Part shown: piece after piece, positions 19,523-28,488 of the stretch
Layout of the letters: every line of letters starts with the position of its first letter
Position numbering within the stretch: the first letter of the stretch is position 1
Assembly (NCBI GenBank): GCA_963796685.1
Contig: CAWCMR010000013.1
Coordinates: 512,001-576,000, forward strand
Reading direction: 5' to 3'
DNA: 64,000 nucleotides
Origin: an uncultured delta proteobacterium
Lineage (GTDB): Bacteria; Myxococcota_A; Polyangia; Fen-1088
The notes under the pieces: generated by a model
Seen by the model: the letters and a program-made list of their open reading frames with translations, nothing else
Databases searched by the model: none
Told to the model about the DNA's origin: nothing
Position numbers and translations under genes: made by a program

Positions 19523-21274
19523 CTACGGCAAGGTGATGCGTCCCGGGGCGCTGTTGGCACCGTTTTGGGTGTGGCAGGTGTTGCAGTCGCCGGTGCTTGC
19601 GGTGCCGGACATCGCCCGCTCGAGACCGGTGGAGCTCACGACCTTGGCCTGGTAGGGCGGCGGCAGCGTGGTCGAAGAATAGAAGTTGCCGGCCGAGTTA
19701 GGCGTCAAGGTCAGAGCGGTGCCGTTGCTGCCGGTGACGACCACCTTGGCGCCGGTGCTCCCGTTGACCCCGTTGCAGTTGTCGGGTTCATGTCCCGTCG
19801 GATAGAGCGTCCCAGCGATGACGAACTTGGGCGCCTCGCCACCCGTACTACCGTGGCAACTGATGCAGGCTTGCCCCGGCTCCATGGATGAAGATCCGTT
19901 CGTGCCTCGGGTCCAGGTGGTGTTGCTGGTACAGGTAGGCGGAGCATTGAGCGGGTCCGATGGAGGCGGGCCGGCGTCGCCGCCGCACGACCCCGACGGG
20001 TAGCCACTGTTGATCCAGTTCTGCATGGTCGTGATTTCTGCCGACGTGGCCGGTGATGCCGGAGATGGCGGCATGGGCGAGGTGGTGCTCTGCATTCGTT
20101 GCAGGGCGGTTTGGGCCTCCGTCATGGCGGTGTTGGCCGGATCCGGTTTGGTCAAATCGGAGTAGGTCATGAGCGACCGGGGCGCCCCGCCTGAAGGCGT
20201 CGTGCCATGGCAGCTGTCACAGCGATTTACCAGCAGCGTCTGCACGTCGCAGGGCAAGGTGCCGCCGGGTACGCCGGCGTCCGCGACGCCTCCCGAACCG
20301 CCCGAGCCAGGTTGGCTGGTTCCGCCGGAGGCGCCTGAGCCCCCGCTGCCGCCGACGCTGCTTCCGCCACCGCCGCCATTGCCACCGACGCCGCACGAGC
20401 CGTAGGGGTAGCCGCTGCCGATCCAGTCCTGCATCATGGTGATTTGTGCCGACGTCGCCGGCGATGCCGGAGATGGCGGCATGGGCGAGGTGGTGCTCTG
20501 CATCCGTTGCAAGGCGACCTGGGCCTCGGTCATGGCGGGGTTCGCCAGATCCTGCCTGGTCAGATCGGAGTAGGTCACCAGCGAGCGCGGCGCACCGCCC
20601 GACGGGGTCGTGCCATGGCAGCCGGCGCACGTGCTGGCCAGGAAATTCTGGAGGTCGCAGGGCAAGCCCCCACTTGTGCTGCCGCCTGTGCCGGCCTGGC
20701 CGGAGCCGCCCGCGCCGCCACTCGAGCCAGAGGGGTTCGATCCACCGCCTCCACCTGCCCCGCTTCCGCTGCTGCCGCCGCTCCCTGCCTGCGTCGAGCC
20801 TCCCGTACCCGCTGCACCGCAGGTCCCCGTGGGATAATGGTTATCGATCCAGGTTTGCAGCGTTGTGACTTCCGTCGCCGTGGGGGCGGTCAGCGGCGAC
20901 GGCGGCATGGGCGAGGTCTTGTTTTGAATTCGCTGCATGGCGGCCTGCGCCTCGGTCATGGAGTTGTTCGTCATGTCTGGTCGGGTCAAGTCGGCGTAGG
21001 TCATGAGCGAACGCGGCGCCCCACCTGTGGGAGGCGCGCCGTGGCAGCTGGAGCAATACTTGACTACAATAGTCTGGATGTCGCAGGGCAACCCCTGGCT
21101 GGCGCTCCCACCCTGCCCGCTCGACCCGCTTTGGCTCGATCCCCCATTGCCCGAGCCGCCCGCGATGCCGCCCAACCCGCTGATCGATGGGCGGCGATCG
21201 ACAAGACTGATCTTGTCGCACCCGCCGAGCACCAGTACCGTCATCAAGACAAAAGCGGTCCAGAATACTTTCAT
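19523..21274 (-). CDS. Putative multiheme c-type cytochrome lipoprotein (three repeated CxxCH...MPP domains plus a two-CxxCH C-terminal domain)
   Basis: Lipobox LGGC; CSSCH, CAGCH, CDSCH, CISCH, CNTCH; Gly/Ser linkers; GGAGG RBS before the ATG at 21274. Confidence 0.75.
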   Translation of the reverse strand: MKVFWTAFVLMTVLVLGGCDKISLVDRRPSISGLGGIAGGSGNGGSSQSGSSGQGGSASQGLPCDIQTIVVKYCSSCHGAPPTGGAPRSLMTYADLTRPDMTNNSMTEAQAAMQRIQNKTSPMPPSPLTAPTATEVTTLQTWIDNHYPTGTCGAAGTGGSTQAGSGGSSGSGAGGGGGSNPSGSSGGAGGSGQAGTGGSTSGGLPCDLQNFLASTCAGCHGTTPSGGAPRSLVTYSDLTRQDLANPAMTEAQVALQRMQSTTSPMPPSPASPATSAQITMMQDWIGSGYPYGSCGVGGNGGGGGSSVGGSGGSGASGGTSQPGSGGSGGVADAGVPGGTLPCDVQTLLVNRCDSCHGTTPSGGAPRSLMTYSDLTKPDPANTAMTEAQTALQRMQSTTSPMPPSPASPATSAEITTMQNWINSGYPSGSCGGDAGPPPSDPLNAPPTCTSNTTWTRGTNGSSSMEPGQACISCHGSTGGEAPKFVIAGTLYPTGHEPDNCNGVNGSTGAKVVVTGSNGTALTLTPNSAGNFYSSTTLPPPYQAKVVSSTGLERAMSGTASTGDCNTCHTQNGANSAPGRITLP

Positions 21275-21434
21275 GTCGGGAACCTCCAGGAGGGCTCGGC
21301 AAATCTCGTCCACGCGTCTCATGCTTACGGTACCGCCAGCCTCCGAAATTCAGGCGGGCACGGCCCGCGCGTGGCTCGCTGCCGAAATGTCTGGATTTTT
21401 GCCCCCAGCGCGACCGGCAACTAACCTTCGAGCC

Positions 21435-21924
21435 ATGGACAAGCAATTCCTGGTCGATCAGCTCGCCGAGCGTTTGCGCGAATCCGCGACCGTGGCTCGG
21501 CGGGCCGGGCAAGTGGCGGCAGAAGTCGCGCGCGAAGGCGCCACGCCGGCCGAGAAACGCGAGGACGCCCGCGTGGCCCTGGAATTCTCCGGCCTGGCCA
21601 AGGGGCAGGCGGCGCGAGCCGCCCGCGTGGCGGCAAAGCTGCAGCACCCTGGAGATCTTTCGCCCCGCCGAGCTTGCCCCGCGCGGCCCGATCACCTTGG
21701 GCGCCGTCGTCGAGGTCGAGGACGAGGCCCAAGGGCGCACCTTCTTCCTCGCCCCCGTCGGGGCCGGCATCGAATTGACCGGTCCGGGCGGCGACGGTTT
21801 TCTCTCGGTGGTGACGCCGGTCTCGCCCATCGGCAAGGCCGTGATGGGCAAACGCGTCGGCGAGACCGTCGAAGTGATGGTGCAGGACGAGGCCCGCGAG
21901 TGGACCATCACCTACGTGGGCTAG
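21435..21924 (+). CDS. GreA/GreB-family protein; +1 frameshift near 21641
   Basis: Coiled-coil N-terminus MDKQFLVDQL...EKRED joins ITLGAVVEV...VVTPVSPIGKAVMGKRVGETV (GreA C-terminal domain). Confidence 0.8.
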
Positions 21925-22223
21925 CTAGGCTTGGGCTAGGCTGGCAGAACGTCTTCCTGTGCGACTTCGACGGGCCACGCAGCCGCCGCACGGTGATGGT
22001 GACGATTCACGGGGAATAGGTCTGGGGCCGGCGTGGTGGTCGCCGAGAATCGAACAGGGCATCCCGGCATCCTAGCAAGGGCCGGGCCGCGATCTCGGCG
22101 GTGCTCGGGACGCCAGTTTTTCCACGGAGGACATCATGGACTGTCCGCGAACAAATCGCGAATTCCGCTCGGATAGGTCGGGCGTGGCCGGAGTGATGGC
22201 CGTTCCTGGGCCAGGGCCGGTTT

Positions 22224-22239
22224 TGGCAATTCGTCTGCA
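22224..22239 (+). promoter_or_regulatory. Candidate sigma54 (-24/-12) promoter
   Basis: TGGCAA-TTCGT-CTGCA has correct GG-N10-GC spacing, upstream of the phosphoesterase gene. Confidence 0.35.
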
Positions 22240-22262
22240 CCCGATGAGCTAGACTGGTCGCG

Positions 22263-23837
22263 ATGCCGGAGCGAACCCACCCCAGCGGAAATCCACGGAG
22301 GTGCCTTTCGGTTCTCCCGAAATGGTCCGTGTGCTCGCTTGCGACCGTTCTCTTCATTCCCCTTGCCTGCGGTGGCCTGGCTGAAAAGCCCGGCACCTCG
22401 GGGGCCGGAGGAAGCGAGGGTGGAGTGCTTGGTAGCGGTGGCGCGTCTGACAGCTCTGGAGGAGCGACTGGCAAGGGCATGGATAGTGGCTACGGCGATG
22501 CCAGCGATGGCAGCGGAGAGTCGGATGTGGCCGAAGATGCCGGTCCACTCGACAGCGACGAAGGTGAATCCGGGCTCGAAGGTGAAGCCGGACCTACGGT
22601 TTTCGAGTTGCGCGGCGCACCGCTGTCGTTTGCGCCGACCTCGCACGGGTTTGGGCTTAATGCGGTGCTCGACCAAGGAGATCCCTCGCTGCTTCGCGCG
22701 CACGTCCGCGCCGAAGGCTCGACAACTTGGACCGCCGTGACGGCCCCAGTCGTTCGCGCCAGCGATGTCGCCGAGTGGCACCTCGATGGACTGGCCCCTG
22801 GCGTTCGCTACCAGTACGAAATCCTGGCCCCTGCCGAGGGCGTGGATAGCCCGCTCTATTCGGGCCACGTCGTGACCCAGCGACCGGCAGGTGATTCGTT
22901 CACGTTCGCGCTCATCACGGACAGCCACATCGGCGCGGATCTGAGCTTCTCCAACCAGGGCAACCCGCAGACTCTCGAACAGGTCAGCGCCGAGGCCGGC
23001 GCAGCCCAGCCGGACTTCATGATGAACCTGGGCGACATGCTCGACTTTCACGAATACGGCTTCAACGATCCCCCTCCCAGCGGCTCCGTCACCCGGCTCG
23101 CCTACCTCAACTACCGCACGCTGCTGGGCGATACCTTGGGCAGAACCTCGCACTATGCCGTGATCGGGAATTGGGAAGGAGAGAACGGTTCTTACACCGC
23201 GGAGGAGATCGCGCGCTCCCAACAAGAACGACTTCTCTACTTGCCGGGCCCTGCGCCGACCACCTATTCGGAAGGCGGCAGCCCCAACCAGGACTACTAC
23301 GCCTTCACCTGGGGCGACGCCCTGTTCATCGTCCTCAACGTGATGTCCTACACCCCCACGGTGCACCTCCTGAGCTCCGACCCGGGGCTTCCGAATGATT
23401 GGACCCTGGGCGACCAGCAGCTCAACTGGTTTTCGGATACCCTGGCCGGCGCCACCGCCAAGTGGCGATTCGTCTTCATCCACCACGCCGACGGGGGCGC
23501 CGCCGGCGACGCCGCGGACTCGGCCTACGGTCGCGGCGGGGGGCAAGCCGCCCACGTCGGGGAGCAGGCCACCCTCCACCAGCTCATGCTCCAGTACGGC
23601 GTTCAGATCTTCTTCTACGGCCATGACCACGTGTTCACCGACATGCAAGTCGACGGCATCCACTACACGCTGCCCGGCAGCGCAGGCGCGATCTGGATGT
23701 TTCCCCAGAGCCAGACCGGCTACGCCCAATCCTGGCTCGAATCCGGCTGGGGGCGGGTCACCGTCAGCCCGGACTCCGTCGATGTCCAACTGGTCAAGAT
23801 GGGTGGCGGCGTTCTTTACGAATACACGCTCCCGTGA
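22263..23837 (+). CDS. Lipoprotein metallophosphoesterase (purple acid phosphatase-like)
   Basis: DSH, GD, GNWE, GHDH calcineurin-like motifs; N-terminal Fn3-like LDGLAPGVRYQY; PLAC lipobox. Confidence 0.85.
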   Translation: MPERTHPSGNPRRCLSVLPKWSVCSLATVLFIPLACGGLAEKPGTSGAGGSEGGVLGSGGASDSSGGATGKGMDSGYGDASDGSGESDVAEDAGPLDSDEGESGLEGEAGPTVFELRGAPLSFAPTSHGFGLNAVLDQGDPSLLRAHVRAEGSTTWTAVTAPVVRASDVAEWHLDGLAPGVRYQYEILAPAEGVDSPLYSGHVVTQRPAGDSFTFALITDSHIGADLSFSNQGNPQTLEQVSAEAGAAQPDFMMNLGDMLDFHEYGFNDPPPSGSVTRLAYLNYRTLLGDTLGRTSHYAVIGNWEGENGSYTAEEIARSQQERLLYLPGPAPTTYSEGGSPNQDYYAFTWGDALFIVLNVMSYTPTVHLLSSDPGLPNDWTLGDQQLNWFSDTLAGATAKWRFVFIHHADGGAAGDAADSAYGRGGGQAAHVGEQATLHQLMLQYGVQIFFYGHDHVFTDMQVDGIHYTLPGSAGAIWMFPQSQTGYAQSWLESGWGRVTVSPDSVDVQLVKMGGGVLYEYTLP

Positions 23838-23840
23838 CGC

Positions 23841-25031
23841 CTACAGCGGCGGCGAGGCGTTGCGCACCAGATCGAGGAAATACGGTTCGAACCACTTGCC
23901 TGCTTGGGGAGCACCGGGGGCGGCGTCGCGGTTGGCGCACATTCCGTCGTAGCGCGGCTGCGTCGGATCCGATACGCCGTCGGATTCGCCCGGCGGTTTG
24001 ATCCAGAAGTAGGCATCGATGCCGCGAATGGGCTCGGCCACGGGCCGTGCGCCGAGGCCCGCCCCCTTGACGTTGCACCAGCTTCCCCAACTGTGGCGGA
24101 TGCCGCCCTTGCCATTGCGGGAGGTGTCGATGATGAAGCCCTTGCCCGGCATGCCGTACATGCTCAGGGTTTCGGCGAGCATCTTGACGTAGGTGAGCTC
24201 GTTCGGGCAGGGATTGGTCAGGGCCAGGGCGGCGCCGTCGCGGTTGGACAGGTGCGTGTAGTTCGAGACGTTGGTGGCAAAGCCGCGGATCATGCCCGGC
24301 CCACCCGCCTCTTCCAGCACGCTGCGGAACACCTTCGCCATCTTCTCGCGATTCGTATCCCAGCCGAGCCAGCCCGCGTGCGCCGCGTCGAGGTAGACGC
24401 TCACATTGGGCAGGGCAAATCGCTTGATCGCATACACGATGGAGTTACGGTAGGCGGCGGTCGAGGCGGCGCATTTCGGTACGAACTGGTTGGTGGTCAT
24501 GTTGGCCAGCGAGTCGGGCTCGACGATGACCGCGATGGGTTGATCGGGGTGGCTGGCGAACTGCGCGGCGATGGGATCCACGAACTCGGCGCGGTAGCGG
24601 GCCTCACCGTTCTGCTCGACCGACAGCTCGCCGGCCGAGGCGTTGGCTGCGCAATCGCGGTTGGGCAAATCGCAGAGCACGACCACCGCAAGCGTGGGCT
24701 TGCCGCTCGCATCCTGCTGCTGCTTGGCCTCGTCGAGCCAACGTTTCAGGCTGGGCACGCGGGCGATCTCGTCGAGCCAGACCGCCGTCGGATACTGCTC
24801 GACCTTGCGGATGGTGCTGGCCATCTCGGGAAACTTGACCGCCGTGCTTTCGACCTGTTTGACGTAGTCCGGGTTGATGAAAAAATCCACGTCCTTGAAG
24901 GGATTCTTGCCCGAGGTCTCGCTGACGAAGGTCACTTTCGCCGGTTCGTTCTCGCCCTTGTTCAGCTTGCCCCCGCAGGCCGCGCAACCAAGGACCGGGA
25001 ACAGAGACCAGAGAACGAGTTTGTGGGACAT
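23841..25031 (-). CDS. Glycoside hydrolase family 6 (cellobiohydrolase/endoglucanase-like), lipoprotein
   Basis: DLPNRDCAA, IVEPDSLAN, YLDAAHAGWLGW, GFATNVSNY, IDTSRNG, WCN, WIKPPGESDG, APQAGKWF. Confidence 0.92.
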   Translation of the reverse strand: MSHKLVLWSLFPVLGCAACGGKLNKGENEPAKVTFVSETSGKNPFKDVDFFINPDYVKQVESTAVKFPEMASTIRKVEQYPTAVWLDEIARVPSLKRWLDEAKQQQDASGKPTLAVVVLCDLPNRDCAANASAGELSVEQNGEARYRAEFVDPIAAQFASHPDQPIAVIVEPDSLANMTTNQFVPKCAASTAAYRNSIVYAIKRFALPNVSVYLDAAHAGWLGWDTNREKMAKVFRSVLEEAGGPGMIRGFATNVSNYTHLSNRDGAALALTNPCPNELTYVKMLAETLSMYGMPGKGFIIDTSRNGKGGIRHSWGSWCNVKGAGLGARPVAEPIRGIDAYFWIKPPGESDGVSDPTQPRYDGMCANRDAAPGAPQAGKWFEPYFLDLVRNASPPL

Positions 25032-25105
25032 GGACAGGCTCCTTCTATGTGTCAAGAGTCGGTGATTTCGCGCCAAGGGTCAGAAATCTCGCACCGCCGT
25101 CTCGC

Positions 25106-26200
25106 CTATGGATTGATGCGGCCGATGTTGTTGCCAACTTGTTCGGTGAACCACAGGTTGCCATCCGGGCCGACCGCGATGCCGGCCGGGCCGCTGCCCG
25201 GCGTGGGAATGGGAAATTCGCTGATTTCCCCCGCGGGCGTGATGCGGCCGATATTGTTGCCCGCGTCCTCGGTGAACCAAAGATTGCCGTCGGGACCGAC
25301 CACGATATCGACGGGATAGCTGCTTGGGGTCGGGATGGGGAACTCGCTGATCGCGCCGCCGAGTGTGATGCGGCCGATCCGGCTGCCAGCGTATTCGGCG
25401 AACCACATGGCGCCGTCGGGACCGACGGTGATGCCCCAGGGTTGGCTGTCGGGATCGGGCAACGCGAACAGGGTGGCGCGTCCGTCGAGGCAGAGCTTGC
25501 AGATGTTGCCGGTGGCGTTGCCCGACAGCCAAAGACACCCATCCGGCCCTGACGTGATACCGACCCATACGGCGTCGAGGCCGCAGGAAAGCACCGTGGT
25601 GATTCCAACCGTGGTGACGCGGGCGATGTAGTCGCCAAGATAGCCCGTGAACCAGGGAGCGCCATCCGCCCCTACGGCCACCCCCTTGGGCAGACTGGAG
25701 TCACCGAAGAGCGCGAGCTCGGTGACGACGCCCTTGGTGGTGATATAGCCAACCCGGTGTGCGAGCACCTCGGCGAACCAGAGGTTGCCGTCCAAGCCCG
25801 CGGCGATGCCGAAGAGACCGGCGTTGTTCGTCGGCACGGCAAACTCGCTGATCGCGCCCGCGGTCGTGATGCGACCGATCCTGTCGGCGTTGTACTCGGT
25901 GAACCACAGGTTGCCGTCGGGGCCGGCGACGATGACGCGCGGCTGGCTGACGATGCTGGGAATGGCGAATTCGCTTATGACGTGAGCCACGGTGCCGACG
26001 CTCCCCGCGGTGCCGCCTGCCGCACCTCCGTCGGGGTTGCCTCCAATCGTGCCCCCTCCAGCGCCGCCTGCAGCGCCCCCGCCTGTGCCAGTGCCCGTCT
26101 GGAGTCCCTCATCGCCGGCCGGTGCACGCAGCATGGCCGAACGGCCGCAAGCGGTGGTCGCCGCCAGCAAGGCTGCCAAGGTCGCGAATCGTCCCCCCAT
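25106..26200 (-). CDS. Vgb (virginiamycin B lyase)-like beta-propeller lipoprotein
   Basis: Seven repeats of I..GPDG.LWFTE....IGRIT; TTAC lipobox; Gly-rich linker. Confidence 0.85.
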   Translation of the reverse strand: MGGRFATLAALLAATTACGRSAMLRAPAGDEGLQTGTGTGGGAAGGAGGGTIGGNPDGGAAGGTAGSVGTVAHVISEFAIPSIVSQPRVIVAGPDGNLWFTEYNADRIGRITTAGAISEFAVPTNNAGLFGIAAGLDGNLWFAEVLAHRVGYITTKGVVTELALFGDSSLPKGVAVGADGAPWFTGYLGDYIARVTTVGITTVLSCGLDAVWVGITSGPDGCLWLSGNATGNICKLCLDGRATLFALPDPDSQPWGITVGPDGAMWFAEYAGSRIGRITLGGAISEFPIPTPSSYPVDIVVGPDGNLWFTEDAGNNIGRITPAGEISEFPIPTPGSGPAGIAVGPDGNLWFTEQVGNNIGRINP

Positions 26201-26301
26201 CGTTCGTCTCGGTTTTGCCCACCATACAAGGCCTACGGTTCCGGGCAAGCGGGCCGAGCATCTTCATCCCTGGTGGGGAAAGAGCGGCCTCCACCTCGAA
26301 T

Positions 26302-27042
26302 CTAGCGCCGGCCGCCGATGTGCCCGCCGCCGAAGCCGTGACCACCGCCGCCGAAGCTGTGCCCGCCACCGCCGAAGCCGGCGCCCGTGCCTCCACGATA
26401 GCCGCCCGCGCTACCGGCCGGAGCGCTGTGGTACATGCCACCGCGTGGCCCGGCTGCCCCACGCCCGACATAGGAGCCGGCGCGACCACCGAAACGCGGT
26501 CCCCCGTAACCTCCTCCGCCGCCGCGGTAGCCGCCCCAACCATAGCCGCCACGAACGAGCCCATGGTACCAGCCGTAGTGCCAAGGCCCACCAAGGCCGA
26601 AGTACGGATACGGCCCCCAGCCCCAGAGCCAGGGCGAAGCCAGCCACATCCATCCGTACGAGGGATAGTAAACATAGGAATAGGGATACGGGTCGTAGGC
26701 CGTGCCTTCGTAGGCGTACTGGTCGCCATAGGGCATGTAGACCCAGCCGTATTGACTCGTGTACACCCATTGCCCGCTGGTGGCCTGCGCCTGCACCTCC
26801 GGCGCCTGGGGCTGCTGCATCTGCTGATCCTGGGCTTCTACCGGCGGGGCTGGTGGCTGCGCTGGCGGGGCAGGCGGAAGGTCGGTTGGTGCCGCGCTTG
26901 GCGGCTGCACCGGCTCGGGCATCTGCGCCGCCTGTGCATTGTCATAGCCTGGAGCCTCTCCGCCCTGCTGGGCGCGAGCGACCGTGGCAACGACCAACGA
27001 GAAGCTCAGCGAGAAACAAGTGATGATGAACAGACGTTTCAT
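26302..27042 (-). CDS. Secreted Pro/Gln- and Gly-rich hypothetical protein
   Basis: Signal peptide, GQWVYTSQYGWVYMP and YGWMW aromatic core, Gly-rich tail; GGAGG RBS. Confidence 0.7.
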   Translation of the reverse strand: MKRLFIITCFSLSFSLVVATVARAQQGGEAPGYDNAQAAQMPEPVQPPSAAPTDLPPAPPAQPPAPPVEAQDQQMQQPQAPEVQAQATSGQWVYTSQYGWVYMPYGDQYAYEGTAYDPYPYSYVYYPSYGWMWLASPWLWGWGPYPYFGLGGPWHYGWYHGLVRGGYGWGGYRGGGGGYGGPRFGGRAGSYVGRGAAGPRGGMYHSAPAGSAGGYRGGTGAGFGGGGHSFGGGGHGFGGGHIGGRR

Positions 27043-27185
27043 GATGCCACCTCCGGCTTGTAGGTTGGACGGCCGGAACCTGAAAACAATTCTACGCCCT
27101 GCGGACGCGGGAGCCCACTGCAAGGATCGAGAGATGCGAGAGTTGCCGCCCGTGGGCGTCGCTTGGCGCTATAACGAGCCACGCG

Positions 27186-28436
27186 ATGGCTCTCCGCCCG
27201 CCCGTGGCCCTCCCCATTCTGTCCCCCGATGTGCGCCTCCTGTTTGCGACGCGCATCGTTCGCCTTTTCGCCTATGGGCTGGTCTCGGTCGTGCTGGTTC
27301 TGCATCTGACGGCAGCAGGCCTGTCCGAAGGTCAGATCGGTCTCCTGCTGACCTTGACGCTGCTCGGGGACGCCGGAATCTCGCTCTGGATCACGACCCG
27401 CGCCGACCGGGCCGGACGCCGTCGCATGTTACTACTCGGCGCGGCACTCATGGTCGTGGCCGGCGCCCTGTTCGCCAGCACGCGATCCTTCTTTCTGCTC
27501 CTGCTCGCCGCCACCTTCGGAGTCATCAGTCCGAGCGGCAACGAGGTCGGACCCTTCCTCGCCGTCGAGCAGGCCGCGCTCGCCCAGGCCATACCAGCCG
27601 AGCGGCGCACCGGCGTCTTTGCCTGGTACAACCTGGTCGGCTCGCTGGCCACCGCGGTCGGCAGCCTGTGCGGCGGGACGCTGGCCGACGGCCTGCAAAG
27701 AGACGGGGTCAGCCAGCTCGGCAGTTATCGCACCATCGCCACCGGCTACGCTGTTTTGGGCCTGGGTCTGGCCGTGCTGTTCATGCGGCTCTCCCCCTGC
27801 GCCGAGGTGCCCAAACCGGCCCGCAGCGAACCACCCGCCACACGCCCGAGATTTCACCTTGGCCTCAAAACCTCACGCAACAAGGTCTTCAAGCTCTCGG
27901 GGCTATTCACCATCGACTCGTTCGCCGGGGGCTTCGTGGTCCAGGCCTTCGTCGCTTACTGGTTCCAGCAACGCTTCGGTGTCTCGCCTGCCCTACTCGG
28001 CGCCATCTTCTTTGGCGCCAATCTGCTTGCCGGGCTGTCCGCCCTCATGGCCTCGCGGGTTGCGCGCCGGATCGGCCTGCTGGCCACCATGGTGGCCACG
28101 CACCTTCCGTCGAACGTGCTGCTGTTTCTGGTTCCTCTCATGCCCAGCCTGCCGCTGGCCATCGCGGTCCTGCTTCTACGCTTCAGCATCTCCCAGATGG
28201 ACGTGCCCACCCGGCAGGCCTACACCATGGCGCTGGTGCCGGCGGACGAACGCTCCGCCGCTGCCGGCGTGACAGGTATCGCCCGCACCATCGGGGCCTC
28301 GCTTTCACCGCTCCTGGCGGGACCTCTCTACGCCTCCGTTGCCTTGGCCGGCCTGCCCTTCTTGTTTGCCGGCGGGCTGAAGATCCTCTACGACCTGCTG
28401 ATTTGGCGGACGTTCAGAAAAGTCAAGATCGAGTAG
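27186..28436 (+). CDS. MFS transporter
   Basis: About 12 TM helices; ADRAGRRR motif A; SPSGNEVGPF, SQMDVPTRQAY. Confidence 0.9.
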   Translation: MALRPPVALPILSPDVRLLFATRIVRLFAYGLVSVVLVLHLTAAGLSEGQIGLLLTLTLLGDAGISLWITTRADRAGRRRMLLLGAALMVVAGALFASTRSFFLLLLAATFGVISPSGNEVGPFLAVEQAALAQAIPAERRTGVFAWYNLVGSLATAVGSLCGGTLADGLQRDGVSQLGSYRTIATGYAVLGLGLAVLFMRLSPCAEVPKPARSEPPATRPRFHLGLKTSRNKVFKLSGLFTIDSFAGGFVVQAFVAYWFQQRFGVSPALLGAIFFGANLLAGLSALMASRVARRIGLLATMVATHLPSNVLLFLVPLMPSLPLAIAVLLLRFSISQMDVPTRQAYTMALVPADERSAAAGVTGIARTIGASLSPLLAGPLYASVALAGLPFLFAGGLKILYDLLIWRTFRKVKIE

Positions 28437-28488
28437 AGCGGCTCTCACGCCGAAAACACGACGTGAGAACCGTTCGAGTCATCTATTA

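Noticed and set aside
25106-26200. Streptogramin resistance gene (vgb)
   Set aside because: It is a lipoprotein with a generic Vgb-like propeller; sequence alone does not support resistance.
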